This document shows, one piece after another, positions 11,705 through 40,219 of a DNA stretch of 64,000 nucleotides (positions are counted from its first letter, which is position 1; each line of letters starts with the position of its first letter). Below the pieces are notes generated by a model. That model did no database searches. It saw nothing but the letters and a program-made list of their open reading frames with translations, and was not told the origin of the DNA. The DNA is from Lingula anatina (lineage: Eukaryota; Animalia; Brachiopoda): NCBI GenBank assembly GCA_051362555.1, contig CM120640.1, forward strand, positions 15,190,001-15,254,000, given 5' to 3'. Both the position numbers and the translations under genes were made by a program.

Positions 11705-14288
11705 ATTGTTCCAGGAAAATGGGTATTTCAAAACTTGAGTATCAAAAAAAATCCCATAAATGAACTCGAGCTAAAGATTTGGGACCCAGTGCAATTACGC
11801 CTCACTGCTCTTGAAATGACTATAAGGTATAATACAGGAGTGACTTTGAATATGAGAACTTGTTTAACAACTTACAGGCAGCTATATCTCTGAACTCAAC
11901 CATTACCATGATATCAGGTAGAAAATATTGTCAGCAGAGGTTAAAGACATCAGGAGTACATTGAAATCCATGACTTGTGTACAACATAGGCCCACACAAA
12001 TATGAGGATAGTCTCAATGCTGCATGGTTCTAAGGTGATAACATGGTTCTTGTCACTTCTAAATGTGTGGGTAAATTATTGGGTATCTGAGTCTGGAAAA
12101 TGTGATGATGATTATGTGTATTATTTATTAAGTACATAATATGTAAACCATGTAAATTATTTTGTGAAATTTTTATAGTGTATTAGCTGTGTAAATATGG
12201 TTTGTTGTGCAAACCGGTGTATATAAATGTTCGAAAGTCTGAAAGTTTTAAATAATCCCATTCAAGTTTAACGTTATATTTTCTCTGTATATTTGAGGCA
12301 AATCTCACATAATTTATTGAGTAAGTAAGAACAAAAGCTTACTGTACCCATTTGCATGTACAGATAATGATATTGAAGGCCCCAATATTTACCATGCTAG
12401 TGTACATCTGATTTACTGCACAAAGTAATGACACTGATTTGAACTTTTGGGTTTTTCCTCCAAATTCTGTTTCTGATGTATTGAAAAATGAAATAAAGCA
12501 CAGTGTGGTCACACTTCAATTTGTGACCTTTTGCAAAACTTTAAAACTTTACTATGGGTGCTTGTTCTCCAGTTTAGAAATTCAAACATTTATAAGAAAA
12601 AAATCCTATGGGGTCACATGCTTATCCGGAAAGATGTTATCTGCAGGATTATTCCATTCGCCTTAAAATAAGAGACTAATATTTCTGGGGAAATTTTGGT
12701 AAGTGATGTAGTTCCTGCCTTTTATACAAATACTCTGTATCGTGCAACTATGCTTGGTAAGAATACATCATGCTTATGGCTCCAAATAGTTAAATGATTA
12801 TCGGTATGGTGCACCTTAATTTCTTATTCAAATATAGTATACTCCTCTTTGAGAGACAAATGCTACTCATTCATTGTTGTAGAATACCATGGAGTGCAGA
12901 ATGTAACAGTACACGGGCTTATTTCAGCCATTAAAATGGGGAAATTTATTGAATATGTGTCCTTGACAGATGTTGCAATGTACATTATAGGTGCATTCTC
13001 TGCAGTGAGGATTTTTTTTAGCATGGATGACATGTTAAAATTCTTGTACAGTACATCAAAGTGTTATAATTCGTTGAACTGATCCGAATTATTTATTTTG
13101 TAAATTGGCAACAGCCAAAGTCATTGCCAAACATAAATGTTTGTACAGTTTGTGTAATAGACTGTAAGGATATTATTTTAAATACATTTTTATGAATCTT
13201 CCATTAGTATTTGTTATTGTTCAAATTGTAGATGTATTTATTCAACAAAATGTCCCCTTGAAAAAAAAATTGGTATTTTCTGTTGGATGTCATGAAAATG
13301 TTTAATTTCGGTTTTTGCTCAAAGGGGCATTTACACATTTGGTACCAAGGCCTAGACAGGTTACATTGACCCCACTATTACTAAAGAAGTTCAGCCCAAA
13401 TTGTTGTACACTTTTAAATCCAAATTTTGAACTGCTTTAACCCAGATATTATCAGAAGTAACATAATAAAATTAAATTTTACACCCATTTTATATTAGGG
13501 CAGACATGACTTGTATTTACTTTATTTCAATGGACATATATGGATCTATCTCAAATGGGAGAGTTGAAGTTTTGGTCTGTAAATTAATTTTTGGGCAAAA
13601 AGTCTCCCATGACCCCCCCCCCCCCCCCCCCAGAAAAAAAATTTGTAAATGACTACTAACACAGACTTTGACATTTATGTATTTGTTGGCAGTCTGCTCT
13701 CAGCCTGGACAAATGTTAAATAATGTTTGTGAATATCCTGCCCTTGATGCAAAAATTCATATAATTCCTAGTAATAAAAAGGCATTTAGGACCCCATGTA
13801 AGATCCCATGATTTTTACTTAAGCATAAAATTCATTCTGAATGTTTTTATTAATTGAAGAACCACTTGACAAGATAACTCTCAAACTAGGACACATAAAT
13901 TTTTTATTAAGGTTCCAATAAGAATTGACAGCATGGGGAGTCTCAGGAGTATGGCTTCAGTTGTTGTGTTAACATCATACCTTACCTCGAAAACACTAAC
14001 ATTTACATTTAAATATTTGAAACCAGACTGTTGTCCTAGAGACTAAGATCTTACAAAGAGGGACTAAATATAAACAAGTATGTTCATTACTTAAGTATTT
14101 CAGAATAAACAAATTTTCAAAGACAAGTTTTAAAAAATGTTTCACTTCCACTCCTGTTGCCATTTGGTCATTATCCACAATGGGATCTCCGGTCAAAACT
14201 AAACAGAATGGATGCAGAAGTTGACTTTGTTTTTCACACTTTTTCATTCCTGATCCGGATATTTTTAACAATAAATTTTCAGATCTTG

Positions 14289-16804
14289 CTACTTCTCATA
14301 TTTAGCTGCTTCCTCAGGTGATATGGTTGTGAAAACATCATCTGTTGGGTCCAGTCGATAAGAAGGTTGCCGCATGTTTTCAGCATGCAGTCTCTTTGAT
14401 TGCAGTTTATCCAGGTATTTGTTTGCATTTTTCTTGCGGAGTCGTCGGCGATGCTATAAAGAAAATTATATACAAATTCTGAAAACTAGTCTGACTGATC
14501 TATTTGCCAACTTAAATTGATTACTATTGCCATATATTAATGTTGAAAGTGAAAACTACCTGCAGTAATGTTGCCTACCATTGGTGTAAATTTTGGTATA
14601 TACCAACACTCACCTCATTTGGGGAGATATAGTGTGGGTTGGAGAACAATGTTGGTCCACCAAAACTACCCTCAAATATTCTTATAGGATTCATCACAAA
14701 GCGTGGACCTAAAAAAATTGAACAAATGTTTGCATGGGTCAACAAATGAAACAATGAAATGCAAACTGACAGCAAATAAAAATTAAAACTCTTATTATGT
14801 GAAGTTGTGTGAACGAGATGGAACAATGGAATCAAAAACCTCCCCACATTGGTTTCCTTAAAACAAATTACCTATCTCTGCCAAAGAGCCATCCTCTTCT
14901 AATATTTGGTAATTTCTAAACCAAATCCTATTGTCTGCTATTGAAAATGTGAACACATGGTCTATGAAGGGTTGACTCTTAGGGTGATGGTTAGGGGTAC
15001 CAAATGTCTGAATGAACAGTTCCTTGAGGAGAGCCCAGTAGGGATGTTTATCAAATGTCTGAAATGATACCACAAAAACTCAGTTATCACATTCTAACTT
15101 TCACACAGGCATTGTAAAAAGCTCTCTAAACATGACAAATGTGTAAGACAACATGACAAATGTATACCATTCAGACCACTCAACATATTTCATAAAACAA
15201 GAGATACATTTATGTATATTAATGTAAAGCTATTACAAAACGAAACAAAAAAACATTCACATGATGGTAAACATACCGTGTCAAATGAAAGCAGTGGTCT
15301 TGAAGATTTTAAGCAGTTTCCAGTCATTTTCAGCTCTAACATTGTGTGAACTGAAATTATCAATGCCAAGAAAAATGTAAAGCAAAAGAATGCTCTATGT
15401 GAACTTACTCTGACTCTTGCCATGAATAATGTCCTTCCATTAAAACCATTCATAGACAAATAATAACTGTGATAAATAAGAAAACACTTTAATCTTTATC
15501 ATACTACGTAGTACAATGTTTTTCAGAAAATATTACATAAGTACTTCAAAGTATGTCAACATAAGCATTGTACATCAAATTAACAATGAAAGAAAATCTA
15601 TCAGCACTTCTCAACCTACCATTTTCTATGAGAAATTTAACAGAGGGACCTTTGGGGACACCGCTGACCCTATAAAAACAGAAAAGAATTTGTGAGTAGA
15701 GATCTTCAAGTCATTTGTGGCCTGACAGAAATGTAAAGTTTTTATAACTTCACTTTAGGTATTCATTTCAAACTGCTGCTAGGAGTTGGTATTTCAAACT
15801 ATAAATAATGAAGTGTAAACAGTACTACTTTTCAACTATAAACAAATATTTACCACACATAAAGCCCCCCGCACACGGTGAGCAATTGGCGCGCGGCACT
15901 TGTGCTGCGCCGTTTTCTCTCCGTTTGCTAGGGTATTTTGGTGAGATGTTTGCCTCTCACGCGGCTGAGCAAAATATCTCACGCGTTTGATATTTTTGGC
16001 CTCTTGAGGCAAATGGCTCAGCGTGTGCGGGGTGCAAGCGCCGATTGCTCAAGTCATGCCAACAATGCGCATGTGCTGGTAGCCGGAAACAAAGAAAAAT
16101 GGCAGACCCCAGCGAAAGCAACAAAAATGTACACAGTTATAGTTAGTCTGATTGATTAACGTGGTGACCACTTTCCATTACTTTCAGAAAAAAATCAATA
16201 TGTAATGTTTACTAAATCACATGATCCCACAGTTCACAGTGCATCCGATAGGGGCAGGCTGGGAGGCACCTCTGCTAAGCAAAGAGCGCAGCGTTTGCGG
16301 GGAGCTGAGGAGCGCGAGCATCTGGCGCAGCGCAAGTGGTGCGCACCAATTGCTCACCATGTGCGGGGTGCTTCAACAAATATTTACCACATATAAAGGT
16401 CTTGTTTCTTCTTCATTTCAAAATATATACATCTGTTGCAATTTTTCATTTCAGCAATCTAAAAAAAGTTCAAGTGTCAAATATTTGGAAATATACATGA
16501 AACAGAACAATAAAATGAAACTTAATGAATATGAAAACTATCTAATTTTGATTGATTCAGCAAATGTTTAATATATATATGTATCCAAAAACTTCCAGCA
16601 AAGGTTGATAATAAACAAGTATCAAACATTTCATCTTATTAATCACGCCAAAAAAACAAACTTACCTCATTTACAACAAATAAAGAATCTTTTCTGTCCA
16701 TTTTTGTTTCTAGAATCAAAACCGGAAAATATATTACAAAAGTTTTATAATTAATACTGCCCTTGAACTCTAATTAATCCACATGATTGATCAAAACTGA
16801 ATGC

Positions 16805-16835
<31 letters not shown>

Positions 16836-17494
16836 GTAGATTTAACCTTGCAATCAATGTGATCTCAGTACATTCTAAATTGGGGATTGGTGTTGCTACC
16901 AAAAATAGTGTTAGGCATTAAGGCAACCCAGCATTAACAATTTATACTCTGAAAACATTTACCTGCTTTTGAATGAGGCATTAATGTCCGCAAGTCGGTC
17001 ATTAGATGTCTGGCTCGATATGAAACTCCTCTTGATGAGAAAATGAGGACTCTCTGTTTGTTGGTCCATTTTTGCTAAGAGACAAAATGAAAGTTATATT
17101 AAAATGCTAGTCAGACATCACACGATTTCTTGTATTGCTAGTATGGCACTGCGTGGATGTGGATCAAAGTCCCAACCTCAATGGAGTAATAAAATAATCT
17201 GCTGCAATATTTATTAATTCGATTTTGCTCCAATATTTAAGAAAACTTGAATACATGTACGTATATATGTGTTAGAGCCTAGAGGCGAACAAGTTGAGAG
17301 TCGGGACACAAAACTTGGACCAGACACTAGTCTCGTTCGTTTAAATATTATCAAGATTTATATATGTATGGTTTCACCTTTTTTGGAGCTGGTTCGTCTG
17401 AGGTCCTGACTGCTGGAAGAACCTCATCCTTTGGTGTAGGTTTGCTGTCTACTGCTGCACCGCTTGAACGATCCGCGTGTTTCCTCTTCACCAT
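14289..17494 (-). CDS. BRIX1: Ribosome biogenesis protein BRX1 homolog (Brix domain)
   Basis: Exons approx. 17378-17494, 16963-17074 (KWTNKQRVLIFSSRGVSYRARHLMTDLRTLMPHSK), 16666-16709, 16388-16458 (AEMKNCNRCIYFEMKKKQDLYMW), 15620-15669, 15277-15350 (HTMLELKMTGNCLKSSRPLLSFD), 14872-15058 (TPNHHPKSQPFIDHVFTFS...IWFRNYQI...LAEIG), 14613-14707 (PRFVMNPIRIFEGSFGG), 14289-14454; diagnostic Brx1 motifs, GT-AG introns. Confidence 0.95.
15863..16372. mobile_element. MITE (PIF/Harbinger-like) in BRIX1 intron
   Basis: TIRs AGCCCCCCGCACACGGTGAGCAATTGGCGCGC / GCGCACCAATTGCTCACCATGTGCGGGGTGCT; GC-rich against an AT-rich intron; TAA on the left. Confidence 0.8.
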
Positions 17495-17836
17495 TTTTAA
17501 AGAGTTCTGCGATCGTGATGATGGTAAAAATCATTCAAACGAATTAATTACTTTTCAACAGTTTATCAAATTATTAATATTTTAAACAATTTCGTAGCAT
17601 AATTTCATCTTTCAGTATTATTTACATAATTTTTAACATTGATTTAAATAAAAAGTAGACCATTCTGATATTTGCTGCGGAATATCAAAACTAAGTTACT
17701 TCCTGTTAAGACAAGCTGGGTTCTACCACTTTCGATTAGACGCTGCGCATTTACAAGTTGTTGGCGGCGTTAGGTGCTCCGTTACAATACTTATTATTAT
17801 GCTGGTAAACTTTGCGAAGCATGTGTTCATGAGATA
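17495..17836. promoter_or_regulatory. Bidirectional promoter BRIX1/PAIP1
   Basis: Only 342 bp between divergent start codons; ETS/GABP-type ACTTCCTGTT at 17698-17707. Confidence 0.7.
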
Positions 17837-20800
17837 ATGTCGGGATCAGGAGATATGAACAGCGACACCAGCAGCCCTGGAAGAGGACGCGGACGGGGAA
17901 GAGGATTTCAGAAACGCGTGCAACAAACAAATCCGCCCTCGCCTGGTACTGGCGGTAGTGGCGCCACAAACCTAGCAGACAAAAAGGGTCTCCGCCGACC
18001 CCTTCCAGAAACTGAAGCACAGCTTTTAGCAGGAGGTTTATAGATAGATTTATTATTAAGACGTAAAACTCACATATATCAAATCTTTGTTGTCTATTAA
18101 ACTAAAAACATGTGCGCAGTCCTTTATATATACATGTGCCCTTCTTTGTCGTTAGACAAAACTTCCCATTTCAGTACAATTTAGGCAAATATCTGGGTTT
18201 TGTGAGGCCATTATTTGCGGAGTCTACTATATATACGTATCTGTATGTTTTATACGTATCTGGTGTCAGTACATTGTGTCATTTTTAAAATTGTTTGTAA
18301 TAAACCCCTTGAAGCAATGTCATAATTTGACAGAGAACACATTCCTGCATCTAGCATAAAATGTAGTCTCTAATTTCTCTGACTCAATTTTTGCTTTACG
18401 TGGGCCTGCTTTAAATATTCACAAAATATGCATTAGGTATTTCTAAAGTATATATCATTGAACATGTTTGCAAATGCTTTAGTTGTTATTTGTTCAAACT
18501 GAAAAAGACAGTGTTATGCATATTAAAATGTGTGCTTCTAAGTACTAGTATATGGTACAGCCCATTCACATTTACTGCTTGTATATTTATATTTGCTTGC
18601 AACATTTTATATAATCTTTATTTTTTTCATTGCCATAAGATTCTCTGAAACCTCACGTGACAGCTTCCCCTGCCCCAGAGGAAGACAAGAATCAGACAAA
18701 GCCTTCATCACAGTTTTCTGCGATTGTATCAAATTCAACACTGTCTGTCAATGCTCCAGAGTTTGTGCCAAGAAACTGGGTTGCTGAACAGGTACCATTT
18801 TGATGATATAAAGACTACTGCATGTGGCAACAAGTACAAATATCTTTAGGGAAAAATCTTATTGTGGTGGTATGATGCATTTGTTTTGATTCATGGTCAC
18901 AATACATCACCAGCTGCTGCAACTTGTAGTGGTTAATAATCAGAGGTGGACTTCCCTTTCTCTGAGCACACACATGGGTGCAGGCACACACACACGCACA
19001 CACAGGGATACCTACCCGTTGATTAATCACCAACAGGAGAAATGGTCATTACATCTGCAGGCCCGTAGCCAGGGGGGTTCGGGGAGTTTGAAAGAACCAA
19101 CCTTTTTGCTAGGAAAAGGTCCACTCTTGGTAAAATTTGATCTAGGTACATGATGTTTTTATGGAAAAGAACCCCCTTTTGAAATTGCTGGCTACAGGCC
19201 TGATCTGTATGCCAAAATATTAACTTCAGATTCTTTTACTTCTAAAATATGATTATATTTACTTATTGCATTATTTTGTTTACTGAGTTATTCATGTTTT
19301 CAGGAGAACACAAATTTGTGTAACCATACCAATATAAGTGTACAATTCAAATATATGTATACCAATTTTACTTTGATTTATGTCAGCAACATAAATTTGG
19401 ATGCTTATTAGCCTCACATGTTCCCATAAGAATAACTGATAAGGTATTTTTTTAGGAATATATTTACCCAGATATAGATGTGATAGACCAAGTGAGAGAG
19501 ACAATATTTGCCTTGACCTTGAGGCCTGGTAGCTTTGACGACCTGATGAAGTCAATAACTGAGACAATCAATTCATGGGTCACTGATGAAAGCACAATTA
19601 TTGAAATTATTAACATAATATTTGAACAGGTAAAGAATTTACTTATATTTTCTGCTTCGTCTTTTTTTTTTTTTAGTGTGCTTTGATTTATCACATTTTT
19701 TTCTAAGATTGTGCAATTTGTTTTCCCTTCTTTACAAGATTCTGTCTTCAAATAATTCTCATTTTCATATTGAAAATGTTTCACCATATTAATTGTACTG
19801 GTTTATTCCCAGGCTGTTACAGAACCCAATTTCCGCTACACAGGAGCCAGGCTATGTGGTCATTTTAGTGAACATTTAAGATTAAAAGGAGAAACAGGAA
19901 ATTTTAGACAGCACATGATGAAGAGGTAATTCATTTTATATTTATTGATTTTACAGTAAACATGATGTATTATTTGATATTATGATTATATATTCAGTAG
20001 TTATTGTTGCATCTTATTTTTAAAAATGCATTCGATGTTGCTTTTTTATAGTAATTTTTTTTTCAAGTAACTTTTAGCTGATGAGGAAGGAAATGAATGT
20101 TATTAGTATATTGTTATTATGATTTCTTAATTGGTAGACATTTCAATTTTGCATTTATACTTATCTCAAAAGGTGTCATCAAGAACACTTAAAAAGGGAA
20201 GAGCTCGTGAAAGATGGCAATCAAGTTAGTAGATTACATGGATTTGCCATGTTTATGGGGGAACTCTTTCTACATATGAAGGTAATAAAAACATTAAGCT
20301 ATATATTATATCTAATAAAATGTAATGTAACTTTTTCCATTTTCAGAAAATAATGCAGATTAAGTGTTTGCTGTGATGTATTTATTTTGAATTTTAAATG
20401 GAGTGAAGGCCAATATTTTATTAACATGATTTTAGACTCATTGCTGAAAAGAAGGATGATTTGAATTCTTTCGTTTTGTCTTATACGAATCTTACTTATT
20501 CACTACTGACAAGCCTAGGGTAGAGCTCCTCACTGCTTGAATTTCTATTGTTTTGCAGATTAAAGTTGGAAATTCATGGCAAAGAATAAATATATTAGGT
20601 ACAGGATTAAAAGATGTTGCTGTGACTTTGTTGTCTCATCCAACAGACAGTAATCTCAAGTGTGTAGGACAGCTTCTCAAAGTAAGTAACGAAAACATGT
20701 GCAGGCCTTACCCATAATGAAACAAATATTATAGAAACTGTGAAAAATATTTAAAAAAAAAAAAAAACAACCAAAGGTTTCATTTTAATTGGGAATGTTT

Positions 20801-21064
20801 AAACAAATTCAGTTAACCAATTTTGATTCATATTAAAGTATAGGCTAAAACGATGTAGTAAAACCCTACCTTTCATTTCAGTTTGCAGGGGCAGTATTAG
20901 AAGATGAAGAGAGAGTAATGGTCAATAAGCCCTCTGGCAAATCCATGGATGATATCTTCCAGCTGATCAAAAAATGTACAGTTGAAGACAGTGTCAGCAA
21001 GTATGTGATACTTAAAGGGCAATGTAAATGTTATGATTTCTATAAATGAAAAGTAGTGTATCTG

Positions 21065-21140
<76 letters not shown>

Positions 21141-24100
21141 ACATCTTTGATCAGGGTAATGAATAAGTTATCTTCTATTTTCTGTTAATGAACATTAGTA
21201 TACGTCATTTATTATCCTGTGAAAAGAATATGTGTAAGTCTGATTTGTGAATATTTTGCATTGTTTAGGCATATCAAGCAGATGATGCTTGGCGTGATTG
21301 AGCTTCGTGCAAGTGACTGGGGTCGTGCAGAGTCTTCTCCTGTTGTAAAGAGTGATGCACATAATGCATTCACATTTAACCAAGATGATCCATTTACACA
21401 GGTAAATTAGATGTTTTCTACATATTTTAATACACAAGTCTGTATGTTCTAAAAAAGATGCTATTTTAATTTTAAAAAATAACACGTGCAGATACTGTGT
21501 ATTATTTTTAAAGGTATACAGGTCAGGTGATTGGGTAATAATGAAACATTTTATCCATTCACTTGTTCAATAATTTTCCAGAAAGCAGTTTCACCTTTTT
21601 CATTCTTGCAGAACACTATGCAAACATGTTGTTCAGGTCATTTTGTTAATAGCTCTCAAATAAAATTCATAACTATCTCCTTTCATTATAAGCCTTTCTT
21701 CTTGATCTAAAATTTAGATATTTGATATGGAACTTGAATGTTGTTTAAGTCTTCAAATGATTTATCAATCACTTTTATTATCCTTCAGAGGAGAAGTCAA
21801 TTAAAGGTAATCTGCATGTGTTTGAAAATGCCCCACAGCCATTTTTTTTTATCCTGCAAGGCTTCTTGTATTTTCCATTTCAGACCTAAAATAAAACTCC
21901 TTTAACAAAAGTTTATAACTTGAGCATACCTTATGACATTTTTCTTTCTTAGAGCAAGCAGATAGAGGTAACGTCTCACAACTTTGTGTATTTTACAGGG
22001 TACAAGGCCTCAATACAAAACTGTTCCATTTTCGTGTGAATATCAGTATCTCAGTATTGCAGATGTTGTTGAAGTAATTATTGAATTTGAAAAAGTAAAA
22101 TATCAAGTCAAAGTGCTAACTTGAGTTGAGGAGAAAATGCCCCCCCCCCCCCCCAAAAAAAAAAAAAAGAAAGAAAGAAAGAAAAAACTAGTTTTGGTGG
22201 GGAAATCTTATACAGATTACCTTTAATTGAACCTTTTTGAAAAATTAGACATATTTTTCTTTCTTATTTAGCCTGAACCTGTCTTTTATGATTCACGAGG
22301 ACAGCAAATTACCAGAGTTCAAGCTGGTTTTCAAGAAGAATACCCAGAAGTTTACTCACAGTCAGATGTTGATGAATATGTGAAGTGGGCAGACCCAGAG
22401 CAGTATGATGGATAGTGAGTTGCTGTCTTCATTTTTTCGTTTACTTTCACAGGGGACAATAATAATTTTAAAGCTTAATGTTGCTCTTTGTAGTCTCTCT
22501 ACATATGTTCATCCTGTGCCTATTTCTTTGATGGAAATGGCAGTGCTGTGTATTTTTTTTTCATTGCCACAATAATTCAAGAAAAATATCTATTTTGCTG
22601 TAGTTACCTATGGAGCTGTAAAATGTTCCAAATGTATAAATGGACCTTGTGATATTATATTGCTGTATTCCTTATTTAATTAAGGCCACACTTTTTTATT
22701 TTTATGGATGACATCCTCTGGGTACCCCAAAATCGGTGCGAGAGGGCGAAAAAAAAAAAACAGTCCAAAAAAAAAAAACTGCTTAAGTAAAGGAATGCTG
22801 TCAGTACACAGCTGGAAACACAAATTTAACCACAGAAACACGTATCAAACTAACGATATGTCTTTATCCATGCTCTCAAAATATTAAAGCATTGTGAATA
22901 CTTCGTAGAAATGTAAAAAAAGTCATGAATTGATATACTTCATATTACCAAATCTATTTAAGGTTATTTCATGCATTCATTTGGCATAGCAATCAATAAA
23001 ACAAATATCAATCAAACAGTGCGTCTTTATTTGTAATCTCAGAATATTAAAACATTTTGAACACTTCACAGCAATGTTTAAAAAATGATGCAAAGATGTG
23101 CTTAATACTACCAAATCTATTAAAGGTCATTTCAGACGATGCCATTTTGTCAACTTCAACTCACACGAAGCAGCTAAACTGTCAGGTGGCCTGTCCGACC
23201 TTCAGCCCACCAAATACCTCGACGCCCTTGTCGACCCTTTTTTCGCTACAGAAAACCTGGTATTAATGTGCTGCTTTATACAGAATGTCACAGAAATGTT
23301 TCGGCCGCCGCCAGCCTTTCGCACAATTGTAAAAAGGTGATATCTCCATGCCTAATATCAATGGCATACCAATCCAAAACGATGGCGCCCATTCTCTTGA
23401 TGACTTTTATTGTTGTGTAATTTGAAAGTAATCCTAGAGATGAATTTGACAGCAAAGTGGCCGCATTTCCACGTGGCGAAAATACGCATGCGCAGAAAGC
23501 TCATTTCCTTGCAAATTCAATAACAACGTTTGCGACAACCGACTTCGTTGGGGGCTGGGGGGGCTTTTTTTTTTTTTTTTTTTTGGAGAACGGGCGAAAA
23601 TCCGTGCGCGCGCAGGATGTCATCCATAAAATTAAAAAAGTGTGGCCTAATGCTTCTTAGAAGTTTAAATTATTGTTTTTCTTTTTATCAAGAGCTTCTA
23701 AAATATGTGGGTATTACCTCCAATATTTCTGTGACTGACAGGGCTGACAGTCACAGAAAAATTGGAGGTAATACCCACATATTTTAGAAGCTCTTGATAA
23801 AAAGAAAAACAATAATTTAAATTGATACATACAATGCTAATGAAACTGTTCTCTCATTTAATTCTTAGAAGTGTTTTCAGTTTTTTTTTTTTTTTTTTTT
23901 TTTTTTTTCAATTAAGAAACTTTTTATTCTATAGGATAAATTTTTTGCATTTAAACAAATGAAGATTGATCGAATTAGTCTACATGCTGGTACTGATCTG
24001 GCTGCGATGACTTTTCATGTAGATATGCTATTATATTGGAGATAGTAATTGATTTCATTTGATAATTTTTTCTCTTGCTATAAAAAGTATCTCAGTGTTT

Positions 24101-24250
24101 GTTAATCATGCAAATTTATTTTCTAATTTCAGTGATGAGTATGGCTATGATTTTGATCAGGGTGGCATGGATGATGAAATGGCAGCTGCATATGATCAGT
24201 TTGTGACAGAAAATGAAAGCTTCTCAATAGGACACTGGAATCCCACCTAA
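17837..24250 (+). CDS. PAIP1: Polyadenylate-binding protein-interacting protein 1 (PAM2 + MIF4G + acidic PAM1 tail)
   Basis: Exons approx. 17837-18035, 18640-18791 (PAM2 STLSVNAPEFVP), 19456-19629, 19813-19925 (EPNFRYTGARLC), 20173-20281 (FMGELF), 20559-20681 (NLKCVGQLLK), 20882-21001, 21269-21401 (IELRASDWGR), 22272-22413 (EPVFY), 24133-24250 (MDDEMAAAYDQF). Confidence 0.92.
19058..19202. mobile_element. Short MITE with CAGGCCCGTAGCCAG TIRs, copy 1
   Basis: TIR CAGGCCCGTAGCCAG ... CTGGCTACAGGCCTG; ATCTG on both flanks (possible 5-bp TSD); second copy at 42938-43104. Confidence 0.8.
21068..21136. repeat. (TA)n microsatellite followed by poly-T
   Basis: Direct inspection. Confidence 0.9.
22684..23647. 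mobile_element. ~960-bp non-autonomous PIF/Harbinger-like element in the last PAIP1 intron
   Basis: TIRs GGCCACACTTTTTTATTTTTATGGATGACATCC / GGATGTCATCCATAAAATTAAAAAAGTGTGGCC with TAA TSD at 22681-22683 and 23648-23650; no transposase ORF. Confidence 0.85.
23664..23821. repeat. Near-perfect 158-bp palindrome (about 74-bp arms, 10-nt loop)
   Basis: TTTAAATTATTGTTTTTCTTTTTATCAAGAGCTTCTAAAATATGTGGGTATTACCTCCAAT(A)TTTCTGTGACTG-loop-CAGTCACAGAAAATTGGAGGTAATACCCACATATTTTAGAAGCTCTTGATAAAAAGAAAAACAATAATTTAAA. Confidence 0.95.
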
Positions 24251-25722
24251 TTTTTCTGTTTTAAACTCATTAAAATGGTTTTATATAAAATGGTTTGATT
24301 AAAAGTGGCAAGGAACATTCTACTGTATTGACTTTGTACATCGTCTTTTATGTTTCCACCGTTATGAACCTCTAATCATTTTTAGGGGAAGTTTGACGGA
24401 TAGTTCAAATTGATGGGTTTGTAGGTGTGGTTTGAACAAGCAGTCTAAAATTGTTGTAAACCAGGTATTGCCAACATTCAGTTTTAAGTCCGTCTGTATT
24501 CAGTTAAACTTTTTAAAGACTATTCCACTCTTTATAATTACGGCATTTTGCTCGATTGAATTCTTGTTGTGGCATATTTGGAAGCTTAATGAAGATGATA
24601 GGTAGATGGCCATGGCATAAATTTTCATGCTCATTTTTATTTATATATGAATTAGCTTAATGTGTGATGTAAATATTATAGAATAAAAACATTCAACTTA
24701 TTGCGTTGCACTTGCTAGAGTACTATCATGTCGTCTGTTTTATTAAACCTTCAGCCTGCATATCATCCATGAAATTATACATTATTTGTAAAAGAAACAA
24801 TTCTTTACAGCTTCTACATTTTATTGCATGTTCCACTGAAAAATTCTCTTATCTATATTGGAATCTAAGTTTTTCAGATGCAAAATTTTTACTCTCTCCA
24901 GTCCTGTACTCAACCAATTAAACAGAAATTGTACATTACTACAATATCAACTGAATTATAATCCATGGAATTTTGAGTAAAAAGTGCAATTTTCTCTGAA
25001 TTCAATTTTCTTATTCTTACATGGTCACTCTACAAAGTAACTTGCCATGCACAAAGAGCAGAGGTGATCTTAATTGGTTATACATGCTGTAACTTCAGAC
25101 CAAATTTGACCAGAAAAAGGAAAACTTTCACCTTATCCTGCTAACAATCTCATCAGGAATTTTTATTTTTCATTATACTAGACACAGCTACTTGTTGGTA
25201 CATTTACATGATGTGCAAAGAAATAAGCATATATGCACTAAAGTACTTCTATGAGGCTAACAAGATATCCACTTTGTAACACAAATTGAGGATAGTATAT
25301 GAAAGTTAGATGAAATGGAGTACACAATAACACCCTGTAAACAGCATTTTATCCCATTTTCTAGTGATACAAACATCCAATTAATGTTTGTTACAATATT
25401 TATAATACATTTAATAAAAAAAAAACTACAATGTTAATGGTAGGCAGTAGCGACATGCAATTTGATTTTTTTTTTACAAACTTCACATATTTGTATTCCC
25501 TTAACCTGTAGCTCTTGATGACATACAGTGTTGAAGTGTAACAATAACATATCTATGCATTCAGTAACTAATTGAACTTAATTTATGCATTCACAATTTA
25601 CATGAAATTTTAGTTTGTTCTCCCCCTCTACTGCCATGGGGTTGCTAAAAGGCATCTACAAGTCATTTCCGTACAAAAACAGTTACTAGTTTTTGAAATG
25701 GCAAAAGACAGCAATATACTGT

Positions 25723-40219
<14,497 letters not shown>

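Noticed and set aside
15808-16571. Plus-strand ORFs of 60-116 aa
   Set aside because: Fall within the GC-rich MITE; no transposase motifs
15355-17200. Possible intronic snoRNAs in BRIX1 (15361-15440, 16841-16940, 17101-17190)
   Set aside because: Only isolated ACA/CTGA boxes; no complete C/D pair or two-hairpin H/ACA fold or rRNA guide identifiable by eye
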